Positions 1-9,438 of a DNA stretch of 64,000 bases are shown one piece after another. The notes beneath the pieces were generated by a model. It had not been told where the DNA came from, ran no database searches, and saw only the letters and a program-made list of their open reading frames with translations. The stretch lies in the NCBI GenBank assembly GCA_031362565.1, contig JANLSU010000001.1:1-64000 (forward strand), given 5' to 3'. The DNA is from a bacterium. Its GTDB lineage: Bacteria > Krumholzibacteriota > Krumholzibacteriia > G020349025. Numbering within the stretch: position 1 is the first letter of the stretch; each line of letters begins with the position of its first letter. Made by a program: the position numbers and the translations under genes.

Positions 1-787
1 CGCGACAGACGGCCTGCGTGTAGAAGGGTTGACCCGCCGTCAGGCGGATGATGGTTTCGACGGTCGTTTCGTCGTATCGAACTTGTCCTTCGACCGGCCG
101 GGTGATGAGATTGCGCGCATCCCGAGGGTCGAGGTAGCTGATTTCCCGGTACGACGACGCCTTGGACAGGATTTCCCAGTATTCCTGGCGGCGGGCGGCG
201 ATGTGCTGCGAACCCGTGAAGATGAGAAAGACCGACTTCTTCTCCATGAGGCTCGCCAGGATTCGCAACACGTCCGCGCCGAGAACCCCAGCGTCGATCT
301 TGTTTTCGAACAGCTCGTATTCGTCGAAGAGCAGCAGGAGGGTTCGATCGGGATGAGCGCGCAACACCCGTTCGATGAAATCCTGGAACGCGCCGGCGCA
401 GTTCGCGGCGGACGAGAAATCGGGCCGTGGAATCCCTTGGCCCTCGGGCCCGAGAGCTTCGAAGATCTCTTCGGTGATCTTGCCGAGGAAGTCGGCCTCT
501 GTCCCGACTGCCATGGATTGCATGTCGATAAGGACCGGGATGAAACCGGGACCGAGTCGATTGTCGAGGATTTGGAAGAGGATCGAGGTCTTGCCGCTAC
601 GGCGCTCACCGCAGAAGACGAGAAGCCCGCCCTTCTCGTTCAACCGCTTGCGTACGAGCTCGAACTCCGCCTCGCGTCCGAAGAACATGGTGCGGTCGCG
701 CACGGGGTTGCCGACGATGAAGGGATTCGGGTTGATCGGGACGAACCCCGCCCCACCGAGGCTCTTGGACGAAGGCGACCCGGTCAC
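1..787 (-). CDS. STAND/AAA+ P-loop ATPase, N-terminal part; runs off the window edge
   Basis: Not in the ORF track because there is no stop in the window. Hand translation from GTG 787 gives NPFIVGNPV..FFGREAE, Walker A GERRSGKTS, Walker B LLLLFDEYE and LTAGQPFYTQ. Confidence 0.85.
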   Translation of the reverse strand, partial: MTGSPSSKSLGGAGFVPINPNPFIVGNPVRDRTMFFGREAEFELVRKRLNEKGGLLVFCGERRSGKTSILFQILDNRLGPGFIPVLIDMQSMAVGTEADFLGKITEEIFEALGPEGQGIPRPDFSSAANCAGAFQDFIERVLRAHPDRTLLLLFDEYELFENKIDAGVLGADVLRILASLMEKKSVFLIFTGSQHIAARRQEYWEILSKASSYREISYLDPRDARNLITRPVEGQVRYDETTVETIIRLTAGQPFYTQAVCR

Positions 788-1078
788 GGCACCCTCTCGA
801 CTCAAGGTTGCACGGTCCCAAGAGTTCCTAGCCAAGCCAGCGCGACGGCTCGAGAACTCGCGTGGGAATTCATCGGAGCATAGCACGCGGCGCACAACCG
901 GCGTGGTCGAGTCGCCGCCGCGCCGTCGGGACCCCCAAAACCCCGCTGCCGAACGTGTCTCAATGTGCTAGGATCGCTGCCAATCAAGGGGAGATTCAAC
1001 ATCGCGCGCTCGGAGCCCGCTTACAGCCTGAGGGGCGGGTTCGGACTTACGAAGGCCGCGGCCACGCGGAGGTTTGGA

Positions 1079-1891
1079 ATGCGAGTATCCGCGACGAGAC
1101 GTCTGCTCTCCACTTTCCTGAGCGCTGTGCTCCTGCACGCGGGTTTGGCGATTCCCGTACGTTCGCAGGAAACGCCGGCTGCGTCAGTCGATCCGAAAGT
1201 CGCTCTCAACGAGGCGCGCGACCTCATCAAGAACGGCGACCTCAGCCAGGCCGTGGATTTGCTCAAGCAGACTATCGAGCTTTCCAATGAAGACACCGGG
1301 AGCCTCCGCGAGGCGTATCTCCTCCTGATCAAGAGTTATGAACTGTGGGGCATCGAGGAACTCGACAGCCCACGCGGCAGGACGGGAGCCGAGCCCTATT
1401 TCAAAGAGGCTCGGGACGTCATCGCGGAGTGTCTTAGAAACCGGGCGCTACGGCATACACAGCCGGAGCCAGTCCCCGAGCACATGGCGCAGGATTTCGC
1501 GCAGGTGCGCCGTGACATCTTCGGATCCTTCCGCCTCACGAAGCTCAATCCACCCGCGGCGGTCGTGCTCTTGGAAGGTGACACGCTCCGCGTCGCGCCC
1601 GGGGACAGCCTCCCGAGCGACACGGATCTTCTGGTTGGGCCGCGCCGAGTCGTCGTGACTCACCCCGGTTACAAGGACTACACCGAGCTGGTCACCATCC
1701 AGGCCAATACCATCGGCACGGGTGTGTACGACCTTTCCAAGCGACGCAGCAAGCGTTGGTATGCCGCGGTTGGAACGGGCTTGGCCGCCGGCGTCGGCGG
1801 CGTGATCGCGCTGGTGGCCGGCAATGGCGGAGCGGCGGCGGCGAAACCCGACCCGGTGTTGCCCGACCCCCCACCCCCACCGGCGCATTGA
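1079..1891 (+). CDS. Secreted protein with TPR-like helical N-terminus, PEGA-like domain, C-terminal TM helix and Pro-rich tail
   Basis: Signal peptide MRVSATRR..VRS; VVVTHPGYKDYTELVTI is PEGA-like; KRRSKRWY followed by a hydrophobic Gly/Ala stretch and LPDPPPPPAH. Confidence 0.6.
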   Translation: MRVSATRRLLSTFLSAVLLHAGLAIPVRSQETPAASVDPKVALNEARDLIKNGDLSQAVDLLKQTIELSNEDTGSLREAYLLLIKSYELWGIEELDSPRGRTGAEPYFKEARDVIAECLRNRALRHTQPEPVPEHMAQDFAQVRRDIFGSFRLTKLNPPAAVVLLEGDTLRVAPGDSLPSDTDLLVGPRRVVVTHPGYKDYTELVTIQANTIGTGVYDLSKRRSKRWYAAVGTGLAAGVGGVIALVAGNGGAAAAKPDPVLPDPPPPPAH

Positions 1892-1897
1892 CGCCAA

Positions 1898-3223
1898 TCA
1901 CCGGCGATGCGCCGGCCGCGACCCGTGACGCCACGTTGCAGTCGAAGCTTCACGCTCCCAGCCGTCACCATGCCGGACAAAGCGGGTCACGGCGTCCGGA
2001 CACGGGGCGCTGAATTCGCTCGTCTCTGGCAACGCGCGACCGAGTTTGCTCATGAATCGCGCGTATTTTCCGGTCGGGATCGCACGCACGGTCTCGCACG
2101 GCGGTTCCACGCCCGGTGGGCGCGGGAGCGGCAGCGCGCGTGGGATCATGAAATCTTCCCAATGATGCGCGATCGCATAGTGCGGGCGAATAGCGCGCGC
2201 GATCTCGCCCGGGTGGTCGGGCAACTGTTCGCCGCCCCCGACACAGAGAAGCGCCAGATCCACAACGGGGCCGGCGCCGATTCGTGCGGAATCCGCCGCC
2301 GCGAGCGGTGGAACGCCGAACGGTGCTCTCGCAGCTGCATCCTGGTAGTAGATGCGGAAGACCGTGTGCGGGCTCAACCATTCGTCGCCGGCCTGCGAGG
2401 CATCGACATCGAGGAAATCGACGACGTACGCGAGGGTCGTGCCCTCGGTCCATTGGCCGCCGCGCGTGGGCAGGCGATCCGGCGGATCGAGCGGTCGCCC
2501 GCGCCACAAATGCATTGGTACCTGTCCCCAGCCGCCCACGAGCCGTGGCGCGCTGAACTGTGGGGAGTGCTCGGAGAGGATTGTCCAAATGCGCAGGCGC
2601 ATGTGTGATACGCGGTAAGGACGCCAGGGGTCGGGGATCGCGCCATGCGGAAACCAATCGGTGACGCGATTGGCCCACGGTTCGAGCGAGATCAAACGTT
2701 CGGCGCCGAAATCGGGGCGTTGAGTGAGCGGGTGCAAGAGATCGCGCGCGTTGTCGTTGCCGTAGATCACGACCGAGCGTGCGCGGTGCAGGGCGATGTA
2801 CGGCACATCCATTAGATGGTCGTAATGCGAATGGCCGGTCAGCAGAACTCGAACGTCGTCGACAGGCGGCAAGAGCGCATCGATGAGCCGATCGTCGCTC
2901 GCGAGATCGCTCGCGACGAGTTCGGCGGCGGTGGGGTTGGAGTACAGCGGCGCCGTCAACACGGCATCCGTGCGCGTGCCGTTCGCATCCGTGGTCGTGC
3001 GGCGAATCAGGAAGCCGCTGACCCCCAGGAAACGCACCTCTATGATGTCCTGATCCAGTTGATCCGAGCGCGTGGCAATCGCCGGGAGCGAGGGCAGGAC
3101 CGGACACATGCGCTGGTATGCTCCGCACCCGCAGAGGAGCAGGATACCCAGCATCCACCACAAGACGGCGCGCAGCAGATTGCCGCGTCCGAAAACACGT
3201 CGGACTGGGATCGAGCCGAACAC
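1898..3223 (-). CDS. MBL-fold metallo-hydrolase, probable lipoprotein
   Basis: VRFLGVSGFLI; metal motif TGHSHYDHLMD; AHHWEDF; LLLCGC lipobox. Start uncertain. Confidence 0.8.
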   Translation of the reverse strand: MFGSIPVRRVFGRGNLLRAVLWWMLGILLLCGCGAYQRMCPVLPSLPAIATRSDQLDQDIIEVRFLGVSGFLIRRTTTDANGTRTDAVLTAPLYSNPTAAELVASDLASDDRLIDALLPPVDDVRVLLTGHSHYDHLMDVPYIALHRARSVVIYGNDNARDLLHPLTQRPDFGAERLISLEPWANRVTDWFPHGAIPDPWRPYRVSHMRLRIWTILSEHSPQFSAPRLVGGWGQVPMHLWRGRPLDPPDRLPTRGGQWTEGTTLAYVVDFLDVDASQAGDEWLSPHTVFRIYYQDAAARAPFGVPPLAAADSARIGAGPVVDLALLCVGGGEQLPDHPGEIARAIRPHYAIAHHWEDFMIPRALPLPRPPGVEPPCETVRAIPTGKYARFMSKLGRALPETSEFSAPCPDAVTRFVRHGDGWEREASTATWRHGSRPAHRR

Positions 3224-3321
3224 GTCCGGGCATCTCCATCGTGGGCCGAGCGGGCGATCCTGCCTTTTTCACCGCGGACACGCAAGGGGCAATAGCCCTT
3301 CTAGGCGCGGGCCGATTAAAT

Positions 3322-3350
3322 TTGACAAATCGGGATGGGGGAAGCACGAT
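3322..3350 (+). promoter_or_regulatory. sigma70-type promoter
   Basis: TTGACA-17 nt-CACGAT upstream of the gene at 3400. Confidence 0.5.
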
Positions 3351-3399
3351 GTGATCGATCCACAAGGGAACTAGAAGGATCTCTCAAAGGGGGGTTCGC

Positions 3400-3906
3400 G
3401 TGAAGGAGCGTCTTCGGACCGCGTATACGCTATTGGTCGCCGTGGCGATGTTGTGCCTTGCTTCCGCGCCCGCCGCTTCACAGGGCCTGGTCCGCGAGCG
3501 GCTGAAGAGCGACGTGGGGATCGAGCTGTTGGGGAAAGCCGTTCTCTACAGCTTCAATTACCAGTATACGCCCGTCAAGCAGATCGGGCTCGAGGTGGGT
3601 CTCGGCGCGCTCGGCGGTGGAACGGGCAGCGACAACAGCACGATCATCTTTGTTCCGGTCGGCGGGAAATTCTACATCATCCCGAAAGACGGCACATTGT
3701 ACATCGCGGCGGGAGGCGTGTTTCTGAACGCCAGCACTGATTCGGGGCCCTTCGGTGACAGCAACTCCACGACCTACGGTTACGTCGGACTCGGATTCGA
3801 GTTCCGCTCGGAGAGCGGGCTACTATTTCGCGGCAGTGCGTACGGGCTCATCAACGATGGCAGCTTCTTCATATGGCCGGGGCTCGGGGTCGGGTATGCC
3901 TTCTAG
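3400..3906 (+). CDS. Small outer-membrane beta-barrel protein
   Basis: Signal peptide, alternating aromatic/Gly strands, C-terminal GLGVGYAF. Confidence 0.75.
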   Translation: MKERLRTAYTLLVAVAMLCLASAPAASQGLVRERLKSDVGIELLGKAVLYSFNYQYTPVKQIGLEVGLGALGGGTGSDNSTIIFVPVGGKFYIIPKDGTLYIAAGGVFLNASTDSGPFGDSNSTTYGYVGLGFEFRSESGLLFRGSAYGLINDGSFFIWPGLGVGYAF

Positions 3907-4033
3907 CTCCGTCTGAAAACGAGACAACACGGCGTGCCGTGGTCCAGGGGGCCGGACGCTGCGCTGCATGCGGTTTGGCCGCGGTGTGCGGGGATACTGG
4001 TCCAACGCAGGGCGAGGGAGTATTGTGTCCGGG

Positions 4034-4630
4034 ATGCCCATTCACGCCTCGCGTTCAGCAACCGACGGAGGTTCACCCGTGCTACGTCGTTATTCGATCG
4101 CGGTTGTTCTCGTCTGTATCGCGCTCGCGTCCTTTGTTCGCCCGGTGGCGGCGCAGGACTGTGAAGGCACCAGCGGCTCGGCGACGATCAACGGTTCGCC
4201 TTGGAGCGCTTTCTGCGTCATCGCCATGACGAATCCTAGTTGCATCGATTCGCTCGGCAAGGAATACGAGTGCTTCGAGATCAGCGGCCTCAGTCTCGTC
4301 GACAGCACCGCCTTCGGGCTGGGTGTTGCCATCTTCCTGGCCCACCCGCCGACGCAAGGGCAAATCTATCCCCTCGGAGGCGACCACCCCGACGGTGCGC
4401 TGGTCTTCTGGCAGGGGGATCTGGCGTTGACGGGGGCTGCACCCTACACGGGTCAGGTCAACATCACGACTTACGACACCGCGACGTCGACCATCACCTG
4501 CACGTTTTCTTTCACGGCCCATGGCTTCTCCGGGGATGTCGTGGTGACAGACGGCACCTTCGAAGGCCGGTTCGTGGGCGTCAAAGAGAAATCCTGGTCG
4601 GAAGTAAAGCAGCTCTACCGAACTCCCTGA
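4034..4630 (+). CDS. Secreted beta-rich protein with C-terminal VGVKEKSWSEVKQLYR motif
   Basis: Signal peptide ending VAA-Q; SATINGSPWSA..CTFSFTA..VTDGTF; TATTGT lies 7 nt before the ATG. Confidence 0.65.
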   Translation: MPIHASRSATDGGSPVLRRYSIAVVLVCIALASFVRPVAAQDCEGTSGSATINGSPWSAFCVIAMTNPSCIDSLGKEYECFEISGLSLVDSTAFGLGVAIFLAHPPTQGQIYPLGGDHPDGALVFWQGDLALTGAAPYTGQVNITTYDTATSTITCTFSFTAHGFSGDVVVTDGTFEGRFVGVKEKSWSEVKQLYRTP

Positions 4631-4884
4631 AGTCTCAGGCTGGACTCGATCTGGCCTCGGCAGATAGTAAGGCGATCTCACATCGGCCCCCTGTACCAGC
4701 ACGCGCCTTTCCGATCTAGACCGACGGTCCTTTTCGTCGGTGGATTACCTCGTAGGAGCCCGCATCAGCGCCGTGACTTCATCTACCGTAGGAACCTCAA
4801 GAAGGTCCTCGAACCGGCTCGTTGCTTGACAGGGGGTCGAAGTAGGCGCAGATTGCAACCTTCATCATCGAAGAGGGCGCGATC

Positions 4885-5556
4885 GTGGTTCGAGGGGAGA
4901 TGATCGTGCGCAGGATTTATCTGGTCTTCAGTCTTGCGCTCCTTTGCGGCGCTTGCGCCCTTACCCGGCGTGAAGATCTGTCCACTCTCATGGGAGTGCC
5001 AAGTGAATCAGGCCTCCTCGTCATCCAGTGCAGTATGATAGAGAAGAAGGACAACTTCCTCGCCAGCGACGATATCAAGTACATCTATCCAGCGAAGTGT
5101 TTCCTCCTCGCGAAGGAGGGCGGGAGTCAACCCATCGAAGCGAAGAGACTGCGATCAGATTTCGTATATCCGAGTCTCCGGCCAGGGCTCTACTGCATTC
5201 AATCCATCGATGGCCAGCTCGCCGAGCAACAAAGCATCAAGGGGCAAGCGGCATCTTTCACGACTGTGCGCAACTTCGCTTACAGCTTCCCATCCTGGAG
5301 GGTCCGTGAGGTGATCATCGATGTTCCCGCCGGGGTTCCCACTTACTTCGGGGAGATCGTCATCACCGAACCCTACGAGCGCTCGGGCGGAGACATTGAA
5401 CGGGCCGTCACCCGGGTGGGCAAGTCGGAGGTCGCGGAAATCATCCCGTCATCAGTCGGGGAAAGGACGGCTTGGAAGGCACTGCTTGATAAGTACCCTG
5501 AGTCTCCGTGGTGCCCGGCCTTGCGGGCGCGGTTGGAGGCTCTACACGCCAAATAG
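4885..5556 (+). CDS. Hypothetical lipoprotein
   Basis: Lipobox LLCGAC; TTGACA-17-CAGATT upstream; visibly lower GC than flanks. Confidence 0.6.
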   Translation: MVRGEMIVRRIYLVFSLALLCGACALTRREDLSTLMGVPSESGLLVIQCSMIEKKDNFLASDDIKYIYPAKCFLLAKEGGSQPIEAKRLRSDFVYPSLRPGLYCIQSIDGQLAEQQSIKGQAASFTTVRNFAYSFPSWRVREVIIDVPAGVPTYFGEIVITEPYERSGGDIERAVTRVGKSEVAEIIPSSVGERTAWKALLDKYPESPWCPALRARLEALHAK

Positions 5557-5605
5557 ACGCGCACCCGGCTGTGGAGAAGAGCGAGTCCATAAGAAGGGGT
5601 GATGC

Positions 5606-6562
5606 ATGTTCCGTCGAGATCGACCGAGGATCACGCACATTCGCTTCACGGGGAGTTCATGTCGCTCGATTGAGGCTTTCGTAGTGGCGGCGGTGACGCT
5701 ATGCGTGTCGTCGGCTTCGGCGCTACAAGTCGTCGATGGGGCCGTTCCCTACGCGATCAGCGCCAGGATCGGCGAGGAAATCGACCGCCAGGAAAGAGAG
5801 TACTTTGGGCTGTTTCCTGGCTTTGGTGAATTCGTCGAGGCCCGGACATACAAGACTCCTACGGAACAGGTTGTTGTTGTCGCCCAACGGCAGAGTCTAG
5901 GGGCAGCGGGAGACACGACGATCACCATGGACCAGGCGGCAGCAGCGCATCTGCAGCGATACATCGAGCGGTTCGAAGCGTTGATCCGGCAGGACGCGAC
6001 CCTACCGTGGGACACGATCTACAACCTGGCGAAATTGCCACAACTCAATCTGAACAGCGAAGAGCGGCACGCCAAGATCATTACCGCGGATGGGCGCGAA
6101 GTGTCAGGCGAGCTGCTGTTTGTCTCTAGAGACCTTCTGATGATGTGGCTCGGCAACGAGCGGTTCTGCTGGGATAGCACCGGAACGCTTCTAAGGCCAA
6201 TCAAGCCCACTGAGGTCCAGCAGATCAAGATCGAGACCGGTACCAGTTTTTGGAAGGGTATGGGGGGTGGAGCGCTCCTGGGGATCGCGCTTGGGCTCAC
6301 CTACATGACCAAAGCCGATACGGACGATGGCACCGAATCGGACTACCATGGCAGCGACTACCTTGTCGTTTCCGGGCTCCTGGGGGGCATTGGGTTCGTG
6401 GGTGGGGCATTGCATGGGGTATGGAGGGGATCGGAGGATCGCTTCGACATCCTCTCTGACATGAATCGGTATGCGAAGCACTTGGCCGCAATGCAAAAGT
6501 CCGCGTACTTCCAGATCGCGCCGCCTGAGTTCCGCCAGTACATTCAGGCTAGGGAGAATTGA
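5606..6562 (+). CDS. Hypothetical exported/membrane protein with two Gly-rich hydrophobic helices
   Basis: 318-aa ORF; signal-like segment; GMGGGALLGIALG and SGLLGGIGFVGG segments. Confidence 0.55.
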   Translation: MFRRDRPRITHIRFTGSSCRSIEAFVVAAVTLCVSSASALQVVDGAVPYAISARIGEEIDRQEREYFGLFPGFGEFVEARTYKTPTEQVVVVAQRQSLGAAGDTTITMDQAAAAHLQRYIERFEALIRQDATLPWDTIYNLAKLPQLNLNSEERHAKIITADGREVSGELLFVSRDLLMMWLGNERFCWDSTGTLLRPIKPTEVQQIKIETGTSFWKGMGGGALLGIALGLTYMTKADTDDGTESDYHGSDYLVVSGLLGGIGFVGGALHGVWRGSEDRFDILSDMNRYAKHLAAMQKSAYFQIAPPEFRQYIQAREN

Positions 6563-6683
6563 CGGTTTTCGGCGGCGTGTTTTGGGTTCAGCCCCGCCTG
6601 AATCGGGGACTCTCGTCGACGCAAAGCACCAGGCAGCGCCTGATGTTGGCTCCCCATTCACGACTCGAACCCGAGGTTGTTTT

Positions 6684-7403
6684 TCAGCTCTGTTCGAGTT
6701 GCTGCAGGCGTGCGCGGACGTCGTGGAGGCTCGTCACCGTGGGCACCCGCCGCGGCGCACCGGTTGCGCTCGGGTCGAAATGGATCGGCGTGATGCCGGC
6801 GGTGCGGGTCGCTTCGATGTCGGAATGCAGGTTGTCGCCGACGTGCGCCACCTGGGCCGCAGGCAGAGCGGCCATGGCCAGCGCGTATTTGAACAGCGCC
6901 CCGTCGCGCTTCGTGACCCCGGCGCGCGTCGCGAGCGCGATCGGATCGAAGATCCCGCCAAGTTCGAACGCTGCCAGAACATCGAAGAGCCGGCCGTCCA
7001 TGTCGGAGACGATGCCGAGGCGCCGGCCGTCGCGGGCGAGCGCGGCGAGCATTTCGCGCGCGCCGGGCAGGAGTTCCCATGGGGCGGCGGTGCGAAAGAG
7101 TTCAAAAACTTCGGCGAAGAAGGCTTCGAACGCGGGGAACGACTCGTGCGGGGCGAAGGTGCGGGCGACGACTTCGTGCCACCACTCGCGTTCGAGACGG
7201 GGCAGGTCCGCGGCTGCAGCGTCGGGAAAGCAGGCCGTCGGCATGCTGCGGATCGCGTGCCGGAAAGCCGCGTCGATCGCTGCCGGTTCCGCCTCGTGCC
7301 CGTGCCGCGCCGCAACCGGTGCGTACACCACTCCCACCGAGCCGCGCACGCGTAGCAGCGTGTCGATTGCGTCGAAGAAGACGAGAACAAATCGTTGCGC
7401 CAT
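6684..7403 (-). CDS. HAD-IA family hydrolase (REG-2-like)
   Basis: VFFDAIDTL motif I, LGIVSD, and HVGDNLHSDIE motif IV; TATTCT lies 6 nt before ATG 7403. Confidence 0.85.
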   Translation of the reverse strand: MAQRFVLVFFDAIDTLLRVRGSVGVVYAPVAARHGHEAEPAAIDAAFRHAIRSMPTACFPDAAAADLPRLEREWWHEVVARTFAPHESFPAFEAFFAEVFELFRTAAPWELLPGAREMLAALARDGRRLGIVSDMDGRLFDVLAAFELGGIFDPIALATRAGVTKRDGALFKYALAMAALPAAQVAHVGDNLHSDIEATRTAGITPIHFDPSATGAPRRVPTVTSLHDVRARLQQLEQS

Positions 7404-7490
7404 GGCCGCAGAATAACCGATCACCGCCGGCTTGGCGGGCGTCGTCTCCCGGCCTAGAATCGGGCTGTCCGGGCTGGGAGGAGTCGAAAC

Positions 7491-8285
7491 GTGCAGGCCT
7501 ACTTGGATCTCCTGCGGCACGTGCGCGAGCGCGGTGTCGAGAAAACCGATCGCACCGGTACCGGCACCCGCAGCATCTTCGGGTGGCAACTGCGATTCGA
7601 CCTCGGCGCGGGCTTCCCGGCGGTCACCACCAAGAAGCTGCACTTCAAGTCGATCATCCACGAGCTGCTGTGGTTCTTGCGCGGCGAGACGAACGTGCGC
7701 TCCCTGCAGGCGGAAGGCGTGTCCATTTGGGATGCGTGGGCGGACCAAAACGGCAATCTGGGGCCGGTGTACGGATCGCAGTGGCGTTCCTGGGGGGCAG
7801 CGGACGGGACATCCATCGATCAGATTCGCGCCCTTCTGGACCAGATCCACCAATCGCCCCACTCGCGCCGCCTGATGGTGAGTGCCTGGAATGTCGCTGA
7901 GCTGCCGCGGATGGCGCTGCAGCCGTGCCACGTTCTCTTCCAAGTGGCGATTCAGGGCGACCGGTTGTCGCTGCAGGTGTACCAACGCAGCGCCGATGTC
8001 TTTCTGGGGCTGCCGTTCAACATCGCTTCCTATGCGGCACTGGCTTGCATGTTGGCCCAGGTCACGGGATACCGGCCGGGTGACCTCGTGCATACGCTGG
8101 GGGACGCGCACTTGTACCTCAATCATTTGGAGCAGGCGGATCTGCAGCTGGCGCGCACGCCGCTTGCACCGCCGACGCTGTGGTTGAATCCAAAGGTTGC
8201 GGATTTGTTCGCTTTCCAGTACCAAGACATTGAAGTTCGCGACTATCAATGCCATCCGGCGATCAAAGCGCCGGTCGCAATCTGA
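7491..8285 (+). CDS. thyA: Thymidylate synthase
   Basis: [22 protein letters not shown], catalytic [21 protein letters not shown]. Confidence 0.98.
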   Translation: MQAYLDLLRHVRERGVEKTDRTGTGTRSIFGWQLRFDLGAGFPAVTTKKLHFKSIIHELLWFLRGETNVRSLQAEGVSIWDAWADQNGNLGPVYGSQWRSWGAADGTSIDQIRALLDQIHQSPHSRRLMVSAWNVAELPRMALQPCHVLFQVAIQGDRLSLQVYQRSADVFLGLPFNIASYAALACMLAQVTGYRPGDLVHTLGDAHLYLNHLEQADLQLARTPLAPPTLWLNPKVADLFAFQYQDIEVRDYQCHPAIKAPVAI

Positions 8286-8298
8286 GGACGAAGTGTCT

Positions 8299-8799
8299 AT
8301 GCGGGTGTCGATCATCGTGGCGACCGATCTCGATGGCGTCATCGGACGGCAAAATCAGCTGCCCTGGCACCTGCCGGCCGACCTGCAGCGCTTCAAGGCG
8401 GTCACCATGGGCAAGCCCATGATCATGGGCCGCAAGACGTGGGAATCGATCGGCCGTTCGTTGCCAGGCCGGCGGAGCATTGTGCTGACGCAAAGCACCC
8501 AGTTTGCGGCGCCCGGCGCGGAGCCGGCGCATACGATCGAGGAGGCGCTGGCACTCGGCGCGCCGTCCGAGGAAGTCATGGTCATCGGCGGCGCCGAGAT
8601 CTACCGGGCGCTCCTGCCGCACGCCACCCGGCTCTACTGGACCGAGGTGCAGGCGCGGGTGGGCGGCGACGTGCACTTTCCGGACTTCGATCGCTCAGCC
8701 TGGCGCGAAGTGGCAACGGTGGAACGCGCCGCCGACGAGCAAAATGCCCACGCCTTGAAATTCCGGGTCCTCGAGCGCGCCGGAGTGCCGGCCGCCTAG
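8299..8799 (+). CDS. folA: Dihydrofolate reductase
   Basis: VIG..NQLPWHLPADLQRFK, IMGRKTWESIG, VIGGAEIY; directly follows thyA. Confidence 0.97.
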   Translation: MRVSIIVATDLDGVIGRQNQLPWHLPADLQRFKAVTMGKPMIMGRKTWESIGRSLPGRRSIVLTQSTQFAAPGAEPAHTIEEALALGAPSEEVMVIGGAEIYRALLPHATRLYWTEVQARVGGDVHFPDFDRSAWREVATVERAADEQNAHALKFRVLERAGVPAA

Positions 8800-8948
8800 G
8801 AGGAAGGCCGCGGTGGCGATGCAGGGCACTCCCAGGGCTTGGATCGGCGCCGGTTCCGGGAGGCCCTTGACGCCCTGCCCCCGGATCCCGAAACATTGAA
8901 TAAGAGTTGGCCGATCCGCAGGGTCGGGAAAGGAGCCACGAGCCATCC

Positions 8949-9275
8949 ATGGTCACTTTGACGGACGTCGCGCAAGGCCGGATCCGCGACATCATTCAGG
9001 AAACGCCCGAATCCGAGGGCAAGGTGCTGCGTTTGTTCGTCGAAGGCGGTGGCTGCGCGGGCTTCCAGTACGGCTTCACCTTCGATGACAAGACCGCCGA
9101 CGACACGGTTTTGGAGCTCCCCGGCTTCCAACTCGCGATCGATCCGGGCAGCGCCATGTACTTGATGGGCGTCAACATCGACTACGTCGAGAGCCTGCAG
9201 GGCGCCGGGTTCAAGATCGACAACCCGAATGCCGGCGGCGGCCACTGCGGCTGCGGCAAGAGCTTCTCGGCCTGA
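8949..9275 (+). CDS. erpA: A-type Fe-S carrier (ErpA/IscA/HesB family)
   Basis: GGGCAGFQY, FKIDNPNA, CGCGKSF. ErpA versus IscA cannot be resolved by eye. Confidence 0.88.
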   Translation: MVTLTDVAQGRIRDIIQETPESEGKVLRLFVEGGGCAGFQYGFTFDDKTADDTVLELPGFQLAIDPGSAMYLMGVNIDYVESLQGAGFKIDNPNAGGGHCGCGKSFSA

Positions 9276-9304
9276 TCGCGCGCTGGGCCGCATTGCAATT
9301 GACT

Positions 9305-9342
9305 CCGCTCCGCGAACGACGGTTCGCGGGGCGGTTTTTTTT
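9305..9342 (+). terminator. Rho-independent terminator
   Basis: ccgctccgcgaac-gacg-gttcgcggggcgg followed by T8. Confidence 0.9.
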
Positions 9343-9438
9343 GGGGCCCGTTCCTTGACCCCGAAGGTCCGCCGTTCTAGGCTCCGACCCAATGAATCTT
9401 GGCGGCGAACGACGGGACGGAGGACGACTCCAGTGGCG

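Noticed and set aside
29..883. 284-aa plus-strand ORF
   Set aside because: It is the antisense shadow of the minus-strand ATPase, which carries real Walker motifs.
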